DNA of 57,555 nucleotides from a virus (Duplodnaviria; Caudoviricetes): IMG/VR virus record IMGVR_UViG_3300025723_001287, positions 1 to 57,555 of that record; one strand, 5' to 3'. Shown piece by piece: positions 56,403 to 57,555 of this stretch (position 1 is its first letter; each line of letters starts with the position of its first letter). The notes under the pieces were generated by a model. It saw only the letters and a program-made list of their open reading frames with translations, ran no database searches and was not told where the DNA came from. The position numbers and the translations under genes were made by a program.

Positions 56403-56948
56403 TCAGTAATAAATAACATCTGCCGCCAATATATAGCGATACTGCTCGCTTTGCACTATACCAGGACGATGCCACGTTTCACTTGGATATATGTTCCAAG
56501 TAAACTTGTTTGGTTCTACGAAAAACTTGCCGTCACCGTCTGGACCACTTGGTGCCATTTCAGTTCCGCAAGTTGATAAATCTGTTACATCATCTGGAAT
56601 ATGCAAGTATAGTATTCCACTCAGTCCTTTCCCTTCACCGTATTTGGCATGATGATGCCAATACATATCTCTATCTTCCACAGTACTTAGATTTGTTTTG
56701 AAACTCCAAGCAGTCATTCCTGACACTCGTGCTTCTTGACCTAGGTAAAAAAATACGCTGGTTAAAAATGTCATACGATACTTTAACCAGCATGCTTCGC
56801 TACGTTTGAACACATTTTCCTGTGTTTGATAGGGAGGACTGTTCTTAAAGTAATTACCGCTAGCTATAATACCATCTATTGCACTAATAGCTTCATCTTT
56901 ATCTGAATCGGTAATTACTGAACTGTAGTCGTAACTTTTAACTAACAT
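56403..56948 (-). CDS. 2OG-Fe(II)/cupin-type oxygenase-like protein
   Basis: AW...WHHH...LSGILYL...YPSETWHRP...RYILA. Confidence 0.65.
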   Translation of the reverse strand: MLVKSYDYSSVITDSDKDEAISAIDGIIASGNYFKNSPPYQTQENVFKRSEACWLKYRMTFLTSVFFYLGQEARVSGMTAWSFKTNLSTVEDRDMYWHHHAKYGEGKGLSGILYLHIPDDVTDLSTCGTEMAPSGPDGDGKFFVEPNKFTWNIYPSETWHRPGIVQSEQYRYILAADVIYY

Positions 56949-57208
56949 TAACCTGTACGATGAATTAAATGAAAGCCAAATTGGGTTTGGACTGGTTGGC
57001 TAATTTGGCCAACTGGGGTTGCTTGAGTAGCATCTTCAAATGGCTTAACCATCATACCTGGACCAAAATCACCCAAATCACCGCCACGTGCCTTACTCGG
57101 GCACTTGCTGTGTTGCTGTGCCAATTGTCCAAAATTCAATGCGTTTGCTTCTTTAAGAATAGACTCTGCTTGTTCTTTTGTATCTACTAAAATATGACTA
57201 GCTTTCAT
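56948..57208 (-). CDS. ppiC: Parvulin-type peptidyl-prolyl isomerase
   Basis: ASHILV, HSKCPS, GGDLG, MVKPFE, PVQTQFGFHLI. Confidence 0.93.
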   Translation of the reverse strand: MKASHILVDTKEQAESILKEANALNFGQLAQQHSKCPSKARGGDLGDFGPGMMVKPFEDATQATPVGQISQPVQTQFGFHLIHRTG

Positions 57209-57229
57209 TTTTGTTTTCCTTTTTGAAAT

Positions 57230-57306
57230 TGGTCGGAGTACAAGGATTCGAACCTTGGACCCCCTGGTCCCAAACCAGGTGCGCTACCAGACTGCGCTAC
57301 ACTCCG
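57230..57306 (-). tRNA. tRNA-Pro(TGG)
   Basis: CGGAGTG/TACTCCG-A-CCA; CCTGG-TT-TGG-GA-CCAGG. Confidence 0.95.
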
Positions 57307-57316
57307 ATTGAATTTT

Positions 57317-57390
57317 TGGAGCGGGACAGGAGAATCGAACTCCTAACCGAAGATTGGAAATCTGCTGTTTTACCATTAAACTAGTCCCGC
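57317..57390 (-). tRNA. tRNA-Gly(TCC)
   Basis: GCGGGAC/GTCCCGC-T-CCA; loop TT-TCC-AA; one C-U mismatch in the anticodon stem. Confidence 0.92.
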
Positions 57391-57525
57391 ACACTTTATA
57401 GGTGCTCTCTGTGACGCTTGAATTCGCGGTAGCCCCTCTCTTCCTGGCCGGTCCTTGTACATGGTCGACATTGACAAGTATTTCGGTGTTCCAGTGTAGC
57501 TACTCAGAAAGCATTTATAAAGTGT
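57391..57525 (-). ncRNA. Putative structured non-coding RNA abutting tRNA-Gly
   Basis: Closing stem ACACTTTATA..TGCTTTCTG / CAGAGAGCA..TATAAAGTGT (19 pairs) with internal helices; no ORF. Confidence 0.5.
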
Positions 57526-57555
57526 CTAGCTACTATCTCCCGATAACCCTAGACT

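Noticed and set aside
55869-56576. ORF-track entries 55869..56099(-), 55937..56122(+) and 56268..56576(+)
   Set aside because: They overlap clear tRNA genes and rpoZ, so they are spurious frames
729-57190. Numerous 60-150 aa antisense or alternate-frame ORFs (e.g. 8898..9224+, 12046..12312+, 16569..17027+, 52658..52990+, 54020..54448+)
   Set aside because: They are shadows of well-supported genes, with no RBS or motifs; at 12.0-12.3 and 16.5-16.7 kb the real genes are short minus-strand ORFs
8308-57208. Cellular chromosome origin suggested by clpP, infA, rpoZ, ppiC and tRNAs
   Set aside because: These lack their usual bacterial neighbours (clpX/tig, gmk/spoT) and sit among phage-type hypotheticals, an ATP-dependent ligase and a tail fibre
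57391-57525. SRP (4.5S) RNA or hammerhead ribozyme identity
   Set aside because: Only a partial AGGACCGG..GGAAG resemblance, without the GGAA-loop/AGCAG helix-8 motif; no CUGAnGA core
1-57555. CRISPR array, IS/transposase, integrase, intron or intein
   Set aside because: No regularly spaced repeats, recombinase motifs or interrupted genes seen
1-57555. Alternative genetic code (stop-codon reassignment)
   Set aside because: Genes are full-length in code 11, TAA/TAG/TGA all end coupled genes, and no canonical suppressor tRNA was found

Overview
AT-rich, very densely coded segment that reads as part of a large (jumbo, T4-like) tailed phage genome, in the standard genetic code. Left arm (4.1-17.7 kb) and right end (54-57.5 kb): minus-strand genes behind near-consensus sigma70 promoters. 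They include ATP-dependent DNA ligase, ClpP, a MazG-like protein, an MBD4-like glycosylase, IF-1, lipoproteins (one entericidin-like), phosphoesterases, TraR/DksA, RNAP omega, a parvulin and five CCA-encoding tRNAs. Centre (17.7-51.9 kb): about 40 tightly overlapped tailoring-enzyme genes. The whole window holds 13 radical SAM enzymes (3 cobalamin-type), about 11 2OG-Fe(II)/cupin oxygenases, 6 SGNH-like proteins, 3 methyltransferases, 2 flavin halogenases, an amidinotransferase, a PLP aminotransferase, an SDR, a GNAT and kinase-like proteins. The central blocks start at T4-late-like TA(TA)AATA motifs only 4-6 nt before the ATG, and the cluster ends head-to-head on a tail-fibre gene with Gly/Asn/Ile/Thr hexad repeats. 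Top hypotheses (inferred): (1) a late-expressed, RiPP/polytheonamide-like system that chemically modifies virion fibres; (2) a 111-nt tRNA-shaped RNA whose anticodon arm is replaced by a UUCG-capped mimic of the 23S rRNA sarcin-ricin loop. All family calls come from motifs read by eye; no database search was run.
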